Shown here: one piece after another, positions 1 through 11,393 of the stretch
How the letters are laid out: each line of letters starts with the position of its first letter
How positions within the stretch are numbered: the first letter of the stretch is position 1
Source: the human T2T-CHM13v2.0 reference genome, Homo sapiens
NCBI RefSeq assembly: GCF_009914755.1
Contig: NC_060946.1
Direction: 5' to 3' (one strand)
DNA: 64,000 bases
Translations under genes and position numbers: made by a program
Notes under the pieces: generated by a model
Seen by the model: the letters and a program-made list of their open reading frames with translations, nothing else
What the model was told of the DNA's origin: nothing
Database searches by the model: none

Positions 1-952
1 TCATTCACCACTACTAAGGGATCATTCATTGGGCCAATACACCCAGCTCTCAGGGGAGGGCCTCTTTTGCCCCAATGCAACAGCAATGTTCTTGCCTGGT
101 GACCTACTTTGATTAACTGGTTTAACTCCACAGCCCTCCATCAGGTATGTACACCTCCTGGATATGTATTCGTTTGCACTAGTCAATGGAATAAACTGTC
201 CTCTGAAGGCAAGACTGTTCCTGTCTTTACATACCATAGCCTATCCTTGTGTAGACAACTCTCAGTTCCAAGGAAAATGTACTATAGGACAGTTGGGCCC
301 CAGTAGAGTAATGGTCCGTAGCCTTATCTCCAAAATTAGACATAAGAGAACAACTGGACTAATCCTGCTGGGATAGAAGTGGCTATAGGAATAGCAACCC
401 TCTGGGGAGGCTTCACCTACCATGAAGCTACCCTAAGAAACAGTTACCCAGGCTATAGAACACTTGGCTACAAGCATAGGAGAGAGCTTACAGGGTCTCC
501 AGGCTTCCCTAGACTCATTGGCCAACATTGCCCTCAACAATAGACTAGCTGTAGACTGTCTTCTAGCCTAACAAGTGGGGGAGGTCTGTGTAGTAGTCAA
601 CAAGACTTGCTGCACTTATATCAACAACTTTAGAAAGGTTGAGGCCAACATGCAAAATATATATAAACAAGTTACCTGGTTACATAGATATAACCAGGGA
701 ACCGACCCCAACTATTTCTGGTCAACTATCAGAAATGGTCTGCCAAGCTTCACACGGTTTTTATTCTTCCTAAGACCTTTAATGGCTATCTCGTTATTAC
801 TAATCTTTGGCATTTGCTTGTTTAACCTCCTTGTAAAGTTTGTGTCTTCTAAATTACAAGAACTTCATGTGAAGATAATGCTGGCACAAGGTTTCCTACC
901 CATCCTGTCTTGTGAACTGGAAAGAAAGACTTTCTGCCTTTGGGCCCCTTAG
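1..952 (+). pseudogene. env: ERV1 (gamma-type, ERV-V/MER66-like) env remnant: end of SU and all of TM, disrupted
   Basis: Furin site R-H-K-R at 338-349 followed by a hydrophobic fusion peptide. Frame from 488 reads LQASLDSLANIALNNRLAVDCLLA*QVGEVCVVVNKTCCTYIN (immunosuppressive domain plus CX6CC), then a TM anchor. Stop at 569-571 and frameshifts. Confidence 0.9.
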
Positions 953-1098
953 ATCAGGCATCCAGAGATTTTTACTCCTCCAATGGTAGACAGGGCTTAC
1001 ACCCATAATATCAGTAGGCATCTGTTGCAGAAGATAGATCTCCTTCCTTCTACAATCCCTTAAGATTAAGAATGAGTGTATAATTGCTGAGTGGGGAA

Positions 1099-1500
1099 TG
1101 AGGTAGGAGATGAAGCAGATAGCTGCACCATCTCAGTCCCTGAAGAGAGGGAAGGCATGGGGCTCAGCTTGGGAGAGTTCTTGGCTTCACTCAGGAAACA
1201 ACTCAAGAGCAAGCCAAGAGTGAAAGAAAGCAAGTTTATTAGAGTAACAGTGTCCAGCAAAATGGCTGCTCCATAGACAGAGCAGAGCTACCCCACAGGC
1301 AGAGGAGCACTCATGGATTTCTGGCTAGCTATATTTACAGCTAATTCTAAATGATATGCTAAAAGCAAGGGTTGGGTTATTTCTGAATTTTCCAAAGGGC
1401 GAGGAGTTCTCGGAACCATATAAGGTAACTTCTGGGCATTGCCAGGTCATGGCGCTGGTGGGAGTGTCTTATAGCATCCAAATGCATCATAATTCCTAGT
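1099..1500. mobile_element. Rearranged ERV1 3' LTR (MER66-like): first ~20 bp on +, 3' two-thirds (about 1158-1500) inverted on -
   Basis: PPT-like gagtggggaa then TGAGGTAGGAGATG at 1099. The reverse complement of 1158-1500 carries MER41/MER66-type motifs (aagacactcccaccagcgccatgac, ctctgtctatggagcagccatt, aataaacttgctttc, gaagccaagaac). Confidence 0.75.
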
Positions 1501-1619
1501 CCAAGTTTAACCCAAACTTGGGGGTTTGCTTGTATCATTTTGAACCTCTCTGTAAATGTATGTGTATCATGTTAATTGGGTCCTCTTTTAAGATCTCTGT
1601 TTCATCACTGCCACCTTAG

Positions 1620-2135
1620 CTGACTTCTTGTTTATTCATTCTCAAACGACTCCAAGGTTATCTCCTGTTCTGCTTGTCCCCACAGGGAATTACATGTCCC
1701 CAGGGGGACTTGTAATTACTTGTCCCCAGGGGCCTATGCCCTTTGGCTCCCCAGTAGTTTCACCCAATGGGAGGCACTGGCAGAAGACAGGATAGAAAGA
1801 AAATGGGTATTTCTCTCCCACTCTCCCTGGGTATCCCCAGCTGCAGTACAATCTTCTGAGATTCAGCTCTTACAGGGATGTCCTCACTGATTCTAGCTCC
1901 CGCTGCAGGTCTACACTTATGAGCTCTGGTAGTACCATCATTTCCTGGTGACTCTAAGGCTCTAACTAAGGGTTGTAGCAGCTTTTCCTACCGGAACTTC
2001 TGAGTTGTCTGCTGCTGTCTACTACTGGAACCCTGTTTGGGATTTCAGCGCATCTGTCACCTGTGTAATCAATTCCCTGTACTATATTTTCTCTGCTTTA
2101 AATGCCTAGAGTAGTTTCTGTGTTCTGGACTGGGT
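1620..2135 (+). mobile_element. Old ERVL LTR, LTR33-like
   Basis: 3' end aattccctgtactatattttctctgctttaaatgcctagagtagtttctgtgttctggactgg resembles the LTR33 terminus. 5' boundary approximate. Confidence 0.55.
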
Positions 2136-2569
2136 CAGATAGCTGCACCATGTCAGCCCCTGAGGAGATGGGCAACCTGGAGTTATGGAAAGAACATTCG
2201 CCTGAGTCACAAAAGATGCCCAGGGTCAGTTTCTAGTCCTTCCTTTTGCATCTGTGTGACTTCAGACAAGGTATGCAATCCTTTATCCATGGCAAGGATA
2301 CCTGTTTCTCACACTGGGAGGATTTTAAGTGAATTTACATATATGAAAATGGTGTAAGAATGACTTGGCACATACTAAGTACTCCATAATCTAGGATTAG
2401 ATTCCTTGATATCAACAAGAAATAGATTGATCTCTCTTCCTTTTTGTCCCAGTTGCAAGTTGTTGGGACTTCAGCCATTTGTGGATAAGCTCTACAGCCT
2501 TTAGATTAATGAAATAATTAGAAATGGATGGAAAACAATAAAGGAAAGCAAAGAAGAGGAAACACATTG

Positions 2570-2760
2570 CTTGAATGGCTACTTCTTTTTAGGAGTTGTG
2601 CTAGGTCCGTTAAGTGTGTCTCCTGATTTAATTTCACCTAAAAGAGGGGACCTAATTCTCCTTGCTTTTACAGAAGAAGAAACTGGGTCTCAGAGAGGTG
2701 TGGTAGATTGACATGTCCAAGGTCACACAACTAGTGCAATGGTTAGAATCCAGAATTTTG
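2570..2760 (-). mobile_element. MIR SINE
   Basis: ttttacagaagaagaaactgggtctcagagagg...ccaaggtcacacaactagt core. Further MIR copies lie at roughly 2180-2390, 3520-3720, 3960-4200, 4790-4990, 5860-6060, 7590-7720, 17990-18210, 19860-20260, 54340-54530 and 55960-56080. Confidence 0.75.
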
Positions 2761-2784
2761 CATCCCTGGAAAGACAGACAGAGC

Positions 2785-2866
2785 TCAGCTCCTTTCCTCT
2801 TATATGACATCCCCACTGGTATCTGAAGTTGCCAGTGGGGATGTTATATAAGAGGAAAGGAGCTGA
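2785..2866. repeat. Near-perfect inverted repeat (35-bp arms, 12-nt spacer); pre-miRNA-like hairpin
   Basis: 2785-2819 tcagctcctttcctcttatatgacatccccactgg vs 2832-2866 ccagtggggatgttatataagaggaaaggagctga: one mismatch, which is a G:U pair on the + strand. Confidence 0.95.
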
Positions 2867-4274
2867 ACTTCCTTAAAAAGAAAGAAGGAACTTAACACAT
2901 CAGGTTTTAAGACTACAAACTCACTTCATGTTAATCTTGCAAAGCAAACCCAAGAGATGGGGGCAGGTGAAGAAAAAAAAAAGAAGAAAGAAATTAAGAG
3001 AAATGTGATGAGCTGGAGAACTGAGAGCCAGGAGTGATAAGGAGGTGGAAGTGGCAGAGACTGCATTGAGATAAGCAGCTGCATCTCTCTAATAGAGATT
3101 CTTCCCCCATTCTAAGAAAAAATCAACCTCTAGAACCTGTCAGGGGAGACATAATCCACCTCTGAGAAATAGTTGAGAAGGAAAAAAGAAATGGAGGTAG
3201 AGAAGGCGCAAGAAGGGAGCTGTCATCTCAAGGACATTCTCAACTGTGAAGGTCACCTTCTGAATGACTTCTATTTGCCCTCCTTTTCACAGGAACTGTA
3301 AGAAGTGGACAAGTAAGTGCAAGATTCAGTACTTTACTTTATAAGAAAAATACTTCTGCATACAGCAAAGATGTTGGTCATAGGCCCTTGGTTCCTAAAA
3401 CTGCTACTTCTTCTCCAAAGGTTCTTAATTGGAGGAAACTGCTCACAGTTGACCCCTCTCAGGGAATGACAAGGACACAGCCTATCTCTGAGAATTTCAG
3501 ATTCAGCTGGGCTTTTCTGTGCACCTGTCTAGTGCCAGGTAGGAAGGCTTGATGCTTTCCCATTCACTCTCATCTACTATCTCATCCACATCCTGAGATA
3601 TACCATTTCCTTGCTTATCAGAAGAGGAAACTAAGACTCAGAATGGAGAAATGACAGGCTAAGGTCACACAGCAAATAATTTGACTCTAAGTCTTCTGGG
3701 TCTAGGTCAAGAATTATTTCCTGAAATGAGGTAAACACTGCTAATGTACAAGATGACTGTAGTTGTGTTACATGTATAAACCTTTAAAACAACATTTTAG
3801 GACTTAAGAGTTTATTATTATATTAGACTCTCTTAGAAAATAAAGATTAACCAATATGCTAAACTTCCTATATTAGCACCAATACCACTGCCTCAGAGGA
3901 AGTTAGATATACATTTTATATAGTAATAATATTGAGTTTCTAATAATACAGCGTTTAATATTAGCAAACATTTTTATAGCACTTACTATAAATGAACTAT
4001 AAGGTAGACATAGACATTGATATAGATATTTGTGTGTATAATTAGCTCTTATGAGTTAGATACTAAGTGTACTTTCTGTGTTTTACAAATGAGAAAACTG
4101 AGGCACAGATTGCTCAAGGAACATACCGAAGCTCACACAGCTGATGACTGTCAAGCTTAGGGTTTACACTGAGGAAGTCTGGCTCCAGAGTCTCTTACCT
4201 GTCTGTCTTAGTCCCTGCGTTAAGCTTCATTTTTCTAAAATTTGCAAGTGGATATTCTATGATGAACTCTAGAA

Positions 4275-4680
4275 ATGTGGCAGAAACTTTGTCCCCCAAA
4301 TCCATTCTGCCCTTCTTTCAGAGTAATAGAATTTGAGATCAGGCACAGGGCCACAGAGAATTAGCACCACAGACTAGGTCCTGACCAACAGAGAGTGAGC
4401 AGAGTTGATGAACATAGTGTCCAGTTCTCGGTTCCCGCTGCCTTCTCCCCACTGCTCCGTGGTGGGATGTGAAGGGGTAGTGAACACCTTGGACCATGCC
4501 AACACGGGATACACCACAGGGAAGCCAGAACGGAGAGAAAGAAATGGACTGCCTGCTGACTTTGTGGAGAACCTATATCAGCTGCAAAATTTATGTGAGA
4601 AAGAATAAACCTTCATTTTGCTCAAGCTGTTGTTATTTTTGGTGTTTCTTAGATGCAGCCAAACCTGTATCTTAACTCTT
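4275..4680 (+). mobile_element. MLT1 (MLT1J-like) MaLR LTR
   Basis: Starts tggcagaaac...tccattctgcccttc and ends aataaaccttcattttgctcaagctgttgttatt...gcagccaaacc, typical MLT1 termini. Confidence 0.6.
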
Positions 4681-6335
4681 ACAAAAAAGACCTGTGGCTA
4701 TATTGCAAATTTGAAAGTACAGCCTAATTTTTTAAGGTTGTCCAATAGGATGTGTGGAAGCAATCTAAACCTGAAGCTATCCTTACACAGAATAATAATA
4801 ATGACAACAATATGAGCACAGACTATGTGCCAGACACTTTTCTAAGCACTTTACATATTTTAACCCATTTTAATCTTTACTATGAGAAGGATACTATTTT
4901 TATCCTCATTTTCCAGGTGAAGAAACTGAGCTACAGGGAATGAAAGGAGCTCATACCAAAGCACACATGTGTAAATGGCAGAGATTCCATTGTATGACCA
5001 CTTTGAAACTTAAAACTGAACACAAGTTTAATAAATAATGGAGATAACCCTCCCCTGACATTGCAGAGGACTGGAGGGAATATGGGGTTTTCTTTCTTTG
5101 AACTGAGTTTCCACAGGACGGTTTCCATGGCACACATTAGGTAAAACATGCTCTGCATGAACTTGGCCTGTTCTTTTTCTTCCCTGGTGTGTTAGCCTTG
5201 ACAGTGTGGTCCCAGATAGCTCCCTATTGCCTCGGCATTGCAGCCAGGGAGCAATGGGAAAGAGAAAGGAGCAGATGTGACTGAAGTTCTCCTCCTGTAA
5301 GGGAGCCCCTCCTTTGCCTGCTGGGGTTTTGTGCCTAACTGACTCAGGCCCTCCAGAATTGAGGGAGGGAGGAGGCAGCAGCTTTGAAGAGCTGGGAGAT
5401 GAGGATGATAGTCCAGAGGCCAAATTCAAACTGTAAATGCACTGTGGGACTCTCGGGTTTTGGGAGAAGGAAGGGGCACCCTGCACTGAGGGCAGCTTCT
5501 TTTCTCTTCTAGTTCTAATAATGTACTTTAAAATTCATTGATTTATTTAGCACCTACAAAGCAAGGCACTGAAGAAGTGAGACTCAGTTGATGAACTGAA
5601 ATAAAAGAGAAAATTGAGTCTCAACTTCTGCTCCTGAGAGTCACAGTTTGGGGTGAAGGTGGGGAATAGGCAAGTAAAACAATGAGGCTCTGGTGGTGGA
5701 CAAAGGTCAATTCATACTGACCTTTTTGTATGAAGTTAAAAACTTTGGATTCTCCCTCAAAGACACGTAAAGCACGTTAACATGATCAGACTTGCATCTT
5801 GTAAAAGTGATTGATGGACAGGTTTCCCTCTTCGAAGAACAAATTTATCTCATGCTGGGAGTGAGAGATGGTTCGGAGTCAGAGAGCAGGGAGTCAGGCT
5901 CTTGTGCTTGAATTTTGGCTCTGTGTTGTCTAGCTAAAAGACCCTAACCTCCCTGTGTTCCACTGGTAATAGAATAAAGCAGTACTGTCTTAGGGATCAT
6001 TATGAAAGTGAAGTAAGTTAATCCATGGAAATGCTTCAAACAATGCCCTGCACATATGACCTACCATCATTGTCTTGAGCTGTGCAACTTCTTTTCAGTG
6101 ATGGGTTTTTCTTTGGCACTATTTCCGGTTCCATCTTAGACCACTCGCCCTCCTTTCATGGCAGGATATGTCATAGTGCCCTTCACTGCCCTGTTCCTTT
6201 ATTTTCCCAAAGCTACCTCAGTGTGTCACACTTTACAGAGGGATTAGAGATACACAGTTTTTAAAGCAGAGTTCTCAGAAGGATTAATCAGGAGTACATG
6301 CCAAAACTTTCTGGCTTGCAACAGAGGAATCATCA

Positions 6336-6758
<423 letters not shown>

Positions 6759-7791
6759 TCACTGAAGATTGCTAGGTTAGTCACAAGCCTGGTTAAAAGT
6801 GCTACAATTTTTTCAACTGCACCAGGTTAAAACCCAATTTGACATCAGCCCTGCTGTTGATTGAAAGAAACATCAAATGGCAAAGCTCTGCTTCAAACTA
6901 GCCATTCAAAAACTGCTCAGAAATGCTGGACAATATTTTCTTTCTTTTCTCAGAATATAGAAGAGGAAAATATAATCTCAAGATTACACAAAATAGGAGT
7001 TGGTCCAGAGCCTAAAAAAACCCATTCAAGCAATACCTTCATGGGGGTTGTAACAAGATAGTCTGTCCTGGCCACTTGGCCCATCCAAGTTCTCCAAGTT
7101 CTGCACAAGGGTCTGTGGCGGGGATAGGGCTGTAGGAGTTGGAGCTGGAGCTGGCACTCTGTGTCTTGCCAAGGATAGGTGTTGGCCAACCATTAACAGT
7201 GATTCCTGTAGAGAGGGTTGGGTTCATAATCAGGAATCACACATCATTTTCAAGGACTCTTTCCCCCAAAGAAGTTACATGTTATTACACAGATAGGTAG
7301 TACTTTTCTTTCCAGTATCTTATTATGCTTTATAGATATTTCTTGGAATAAAAAGACCCATTGCTGGACCATGTATCTCTTACTGGCTACTACTTGAACT
7401 ACAATCAACTCATAGGGTAGAAGTTTTGAAATGCAAGTCCTCAATTAACTCTTAACTAAAGGCCATTTGCTAATACATAATGATAACTAAGGGGAAAAGA
7501 AAAGTAGATTTTAAAACACAATTCTGTTTATGCTCAATACCTAAAATAGTTCTAAACAACATTTGTTGAAGGGGTGTTAAACAATATTCCATTCTCAGAA
7601 CAACCCTTTGGTAGAAGATTATTATTTGTATCTTAAAGATGTGAAGAGGATATATAACTCGATCAAGATCATGCAGTGTAGAAATGACATTGTCTGGTTT
7701 GGTAACCAGATACTGCAGCCCTGGCCTGGTCTTTAATTGAGTTCTCATGCAGATAGATTTAGACTTTGGACATATCAGTGCTTTCTATTAG

Positions 7792-8400
7792 TGTCAGAGA
7801 TGTTTGAACCAGAGCAACTCCACCTTGAATAGAGGCTGGGTAAAATAAGGCTGAGACCTACTGGGCTGCATTTTCAGGAGGTTAGGCACAGGATGAGATA
7901 GGAGGTCAGCACAAGGTACAGTTCACAAAGACCTTGCTGATAAAACAGATTGCAGTAAAGAAGCTGGCCCAAACCCACCAAAACCAAGTTGGCAACAAAA
8001 GTGACCTCTGGTCATCCTCATTGCTCATTATAGGCTAATTATAATGCATTAGCATGCTAAAAGACACTCCTACCAGCACCATGACAGTTTACAAATGTCA
8101 TGGCAACATCAGGACATTGCCATATATGGTCTAAAAAGGGAAGGAACCCTCAGTTCCAGGAACTGCCCACCCCTTTCCTGGAAAACTCATGAATAATCCA
8201 TCCCTTATTTAGCATATAATCAAGAAGTAACAATGAGTATAAGTAGCTGAGTGTCCCCTGCCACTGCTCTGCCTATGAAGTAGCCATTCTTTATTCCTTT
8301 CTTAATCGACTTGCTTTCACTTTATGGACTGTCCCTGAATTGTTTCTTGTGCGAGGTTCAAGAACCCTCCTTGGGGCCTGGATCAGGACTCCTGGTAATG
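7792..8400 (+). mobile_element. MER41 (MER41B-like) solo LTR
   Basis: tgtcagag...tttgaaccagagcaactcca start and gaaccctc...ggatcaggac...ggtaa end. 4-bp TSD ttag at 7788-7791 and 8401-8404. Confidence 0.92.
8154..8183. promoter_or_regulatory. Tandem GAS (STAT) motifs within MER41
   Basis: TTCCAGGAA at 8154-8162 and TTCCTGGAA at 8175-8183, both matching TTC-N3-GAA. Confidence 0.7.
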
Positions 8401-8669
8401 TTAGGACCCCCAGATCACCCCTGTTCTGATTCTGTCATCTTTGTGACAGTACAAGGACCTTCATATGTTCTTGGCCCATTCCTGGTAAAACACACTAATG
8501 TCAAATCGTTCTGTGATGGTTAATGAGTGTCAACTTGATTGGATTGAAGGATGCAAAATATTGATCCTGGGTGTGTCTGTGAGGGTGTTGCTAAAGGAGA
8601 TTAATATTTGAGTCAGTGGGCTGGGAAGGCAGGCCCACCCTTAATACAGATTTTGGTACCAAGAGTGGG

Positions 8670-9815
8670 GTTCTTCCCCAAGGGGACCTGGCCTCCACTT
8701 CATTCAAGGGGTTCTGGGTCTATAAATTGGCTCAAGTCTGGAAATTGAGGGGCAGTGATTCTCTGTTTTTATAAATCAAATTAGTTTTTTGTTCACTTGA
8801 CCTGGAAGTTTTCTGCTTATATAAATTAAGTAGGAATGCAGTAGACTTCCTATCAATTTCACTTCTAGGAACACCAGGATTAATTAGCCAATGCCAGAGC
8901 TCTACACAAGTCAGACTCTTCTGATTGCTACTTTGCCTCTGCTGTCCATTACAGTATCTATGCCCACCTTGCCTTTGATGATTGAGTGCTGCCACTTGGT
9001 CCCTGTCACCTCAGGATCCAATTATTCCCATTGCATTTAAATTTTGTGGTTAAGTGACTGAGGTTCCCACTGTTAGATCTGACATACAGAGAAGAGCAAT
9101 TACAGGGCTCTTCAAGATGCAAGTGCTGCCCTCACAAATCTGTTTTGCAAAGCATTGGTCAAGGGTACCTCTTCTAGACCCTCCCAGCTGAGATGAGTAG
9201 ATCTAAAGTGACTAATCCACTCCACCATCCCAATCTCTCTAAGCCTTTGGATCCCTTCCTCTGCATTAAACCAAGGGAGATCAGGTATTTCCAGCTCACT
9301 CACAGTGGGCCATCTTTTAATCCATATTTTGGCTAACCAAGCAAATAATTAGAAGCTTTTTTAAATCCCCGAGCTGCAACATTAAATGCAGACTCCCTAC
9401 TTAGTGGGCCTAAATCAATAAATTCAGCCTGGTCCAACTCTGTATTCCTTCCACCATTATCCCATACCCTTGATGTCCATTCCCATACCTGTTCTCCAGA
9501 TTTCTGCTTATGTAAGTTAGAAAACAGGTTCTTTTTGAGTGTAGCACACCTCCTCATGGGTCACATTCTGAACCTCACCTCTAGGGGCCCGCTGGGACTT
9601 TAGTCTAGTTATAGGTCTAGAAGCAAACACGGGTGTTGGGGGTGGCTCCTGAGAAGAATCAACATCATCTTGCCTGGCAACTACCTCGGGGGAGGCCATT
9701 ACTGTTGCCTCAGGCAGCGCAGAGTTTATCTCCTCAGACAAAAGTGGAAATGCTGTTGGCAGCATGGGTCAGGGAGGGGATGTTGCCACTACTGGGGATG
9801 GGGTAGCTGTTTCTT
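8670..9815 (-). pseudogene. gag: HERV-L gag fragment, inverted relative to the LTRs
   Basis: Minus-strand ORF pieces EQVWEW..RVWDNGGRN..LDQAEFIDLGPLSR, ELEIPDLPWFNAEEGIQRLREIGM and ELWHWLINPGVPRSEID are HERV-L gag-like. Confidence 0.85.
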
Positions 9816-11002
9816 TGAGCAGTGCACCTGGTTGTGTGCTGTGCATGGAAGGAGACATGGCCAGATATATAATTATATACTGATTCGTGGAACTTGTAGC
9901 CAATGGTTTGGCTGGACAATCAGGGACTTGGAAGAACCATGATTGGAAAATTGGTGACAAAGAAATTTGGGGAAGAGGTATGTGGACAGACCTCTCTGAG
10001 TGGTCAAAAACTGTGAAGATATTTGTATCCCATGTGAGTACTCACCAAAAGGTGACCTCAGCAGAGGAGAATTTAAAAAATCAAGTGGATAGGCAGTGCA
10101 CAGTGGCTCACGCCTGTAATCCCAGCACTTTGGGAGTCCAAGGCAGGTGGATCACCAGGTCAGGAGTTTGAGACCAGCCTGGCCAACATGGTGAAACCCT
10201 GTCTTTACTAAAAATACAAAAAATGAGCCGGGCATGGTGTCAGGTGCCTGTAATCCCGGCTACTCAGGAGGCTGAGGCAGGAGAATCACTTGAACCCAGG
10301 AGGCAGAGGTTGCATTGAGCCAAGATCACACCACTGCACTCCAGCCTGGGCAACAGAGCGAGACTCAGTCTCAACAATAACAACCAACAACAACGTCGTC
10401 AACAACAACAACACAAAATCAAGTGGATAGGATGACTTATTCTGTGGACACCACTCAGCCTCTTTCCCCAGCCACCTCCATCATTGCCCAGTGGGCCCAT
10501 GAACAAAGTGGCCATGGTGGCAGGGATGGTGGTTATGCGTGGGTTGAGCAACATCGACTTCCACTCACCAAGGCTGACCTGGCTAGTGCCACTGCTGAAT
10601 GCCCAATTTGCCAGCAGCAAAGACCAACACTGAGCCCCCAATATGACACCATTCCTCTGGGTGATAAGCTAGCTACTTGGTGGCAGGTTGATTATATTGG
10701 ACCTCTTCCATCATGGAAAGGGCAGAGGTTTGTCCTCACTGGAATAGTCCAGATATGTGTTTGCCTGTCCTGCATGCAATGCTTCTGCCAAGACTACCAT
10801 CCATGGACTTATGGAATGCCTTATGTACCATCATGGTATTCCACACAGCATTGCCTTTGACCAAGGCACTCACTTTATGGCTAAAGATGTGTGTCAGTGG
10901 GCTCATGAATTCATGCTTATGGAATTCACTCGTCTTACCATGTACCCCATCACCCCTAGTGATCCACTAGCAAAATTTTTGCTCCCTGTTCCTGTGACAT
11001 AA
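9816..11002 (+). pseudogene. pol: HERV-L pol remnant: RNase H C-terminus and integrase, interrupted by an Alu
   Basis: HVSTH..NQVDR (RNase H). H-EQSG-H...CPIC zinc-binding motif. WQVDYIGPL and AFDQGTHF catalytic Asp motifs. Frameshifts present. Confidence 0.88.
10092..10414 (+). mobile_element. AluSg-like inserted in HERV-L pol; tail converted to (AAC)n
   Basis: 15-bp TSD aaaatcaagtggata at 10077-10091 and 10415-10429. Confidence 0.92.
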
Positions 11003-11029
11003 TGTTCTGCTGGCCTAGAGGTCTTAGTT

Positions 11030-11393
11030 CCAGAGGAGGAACACTGCCACCAGGAAACATACAACTATTCCATTAGAGTGGAAGTTAAGATTGCCACCCG
11101 GACACTTCGGGCTTCTCCTACCCTTAAGTCAACAGGCTAAGAAGGGAGTTACAGTGTTGGCTGGGGTGATTGACCCAGACTATCAAGATGAAATCAGTCT
11201 ACTGCTCCACAGTGGAAATAAGGAACAGTATGTGTGCAATACAGGAAATCTCTTGGGGCATCTCTTAATCTTACCATGCCCTGTAATTAAGGTCAATGGG
11301 AAACTACAGGAGCCCAATCCAGGAAGGACTACAAATGGCCCAGACCCTTCAGGAATGAAGGTTTGGGTCACTCCACCAGGAAAAAAACCATGA
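11030..11393 (+). pseudogene. dut: HERV-L dUTPase remnant downstream of integrase
   Basis: LPPGHFGLLLPLSQQAKKGVTVLAGVIDPDYQDEI contains the dUTPase GVIDxDY motif, in the position typical of ERV-L. Confidence 0.88.

Noticed and set aside
5028-5486. 152-aa minus-strand ORF in mostly unique DNA
   Set aside because: Begins at GTG, has no recognisable domain and no convincing exon structure. Length is compatible with chance.
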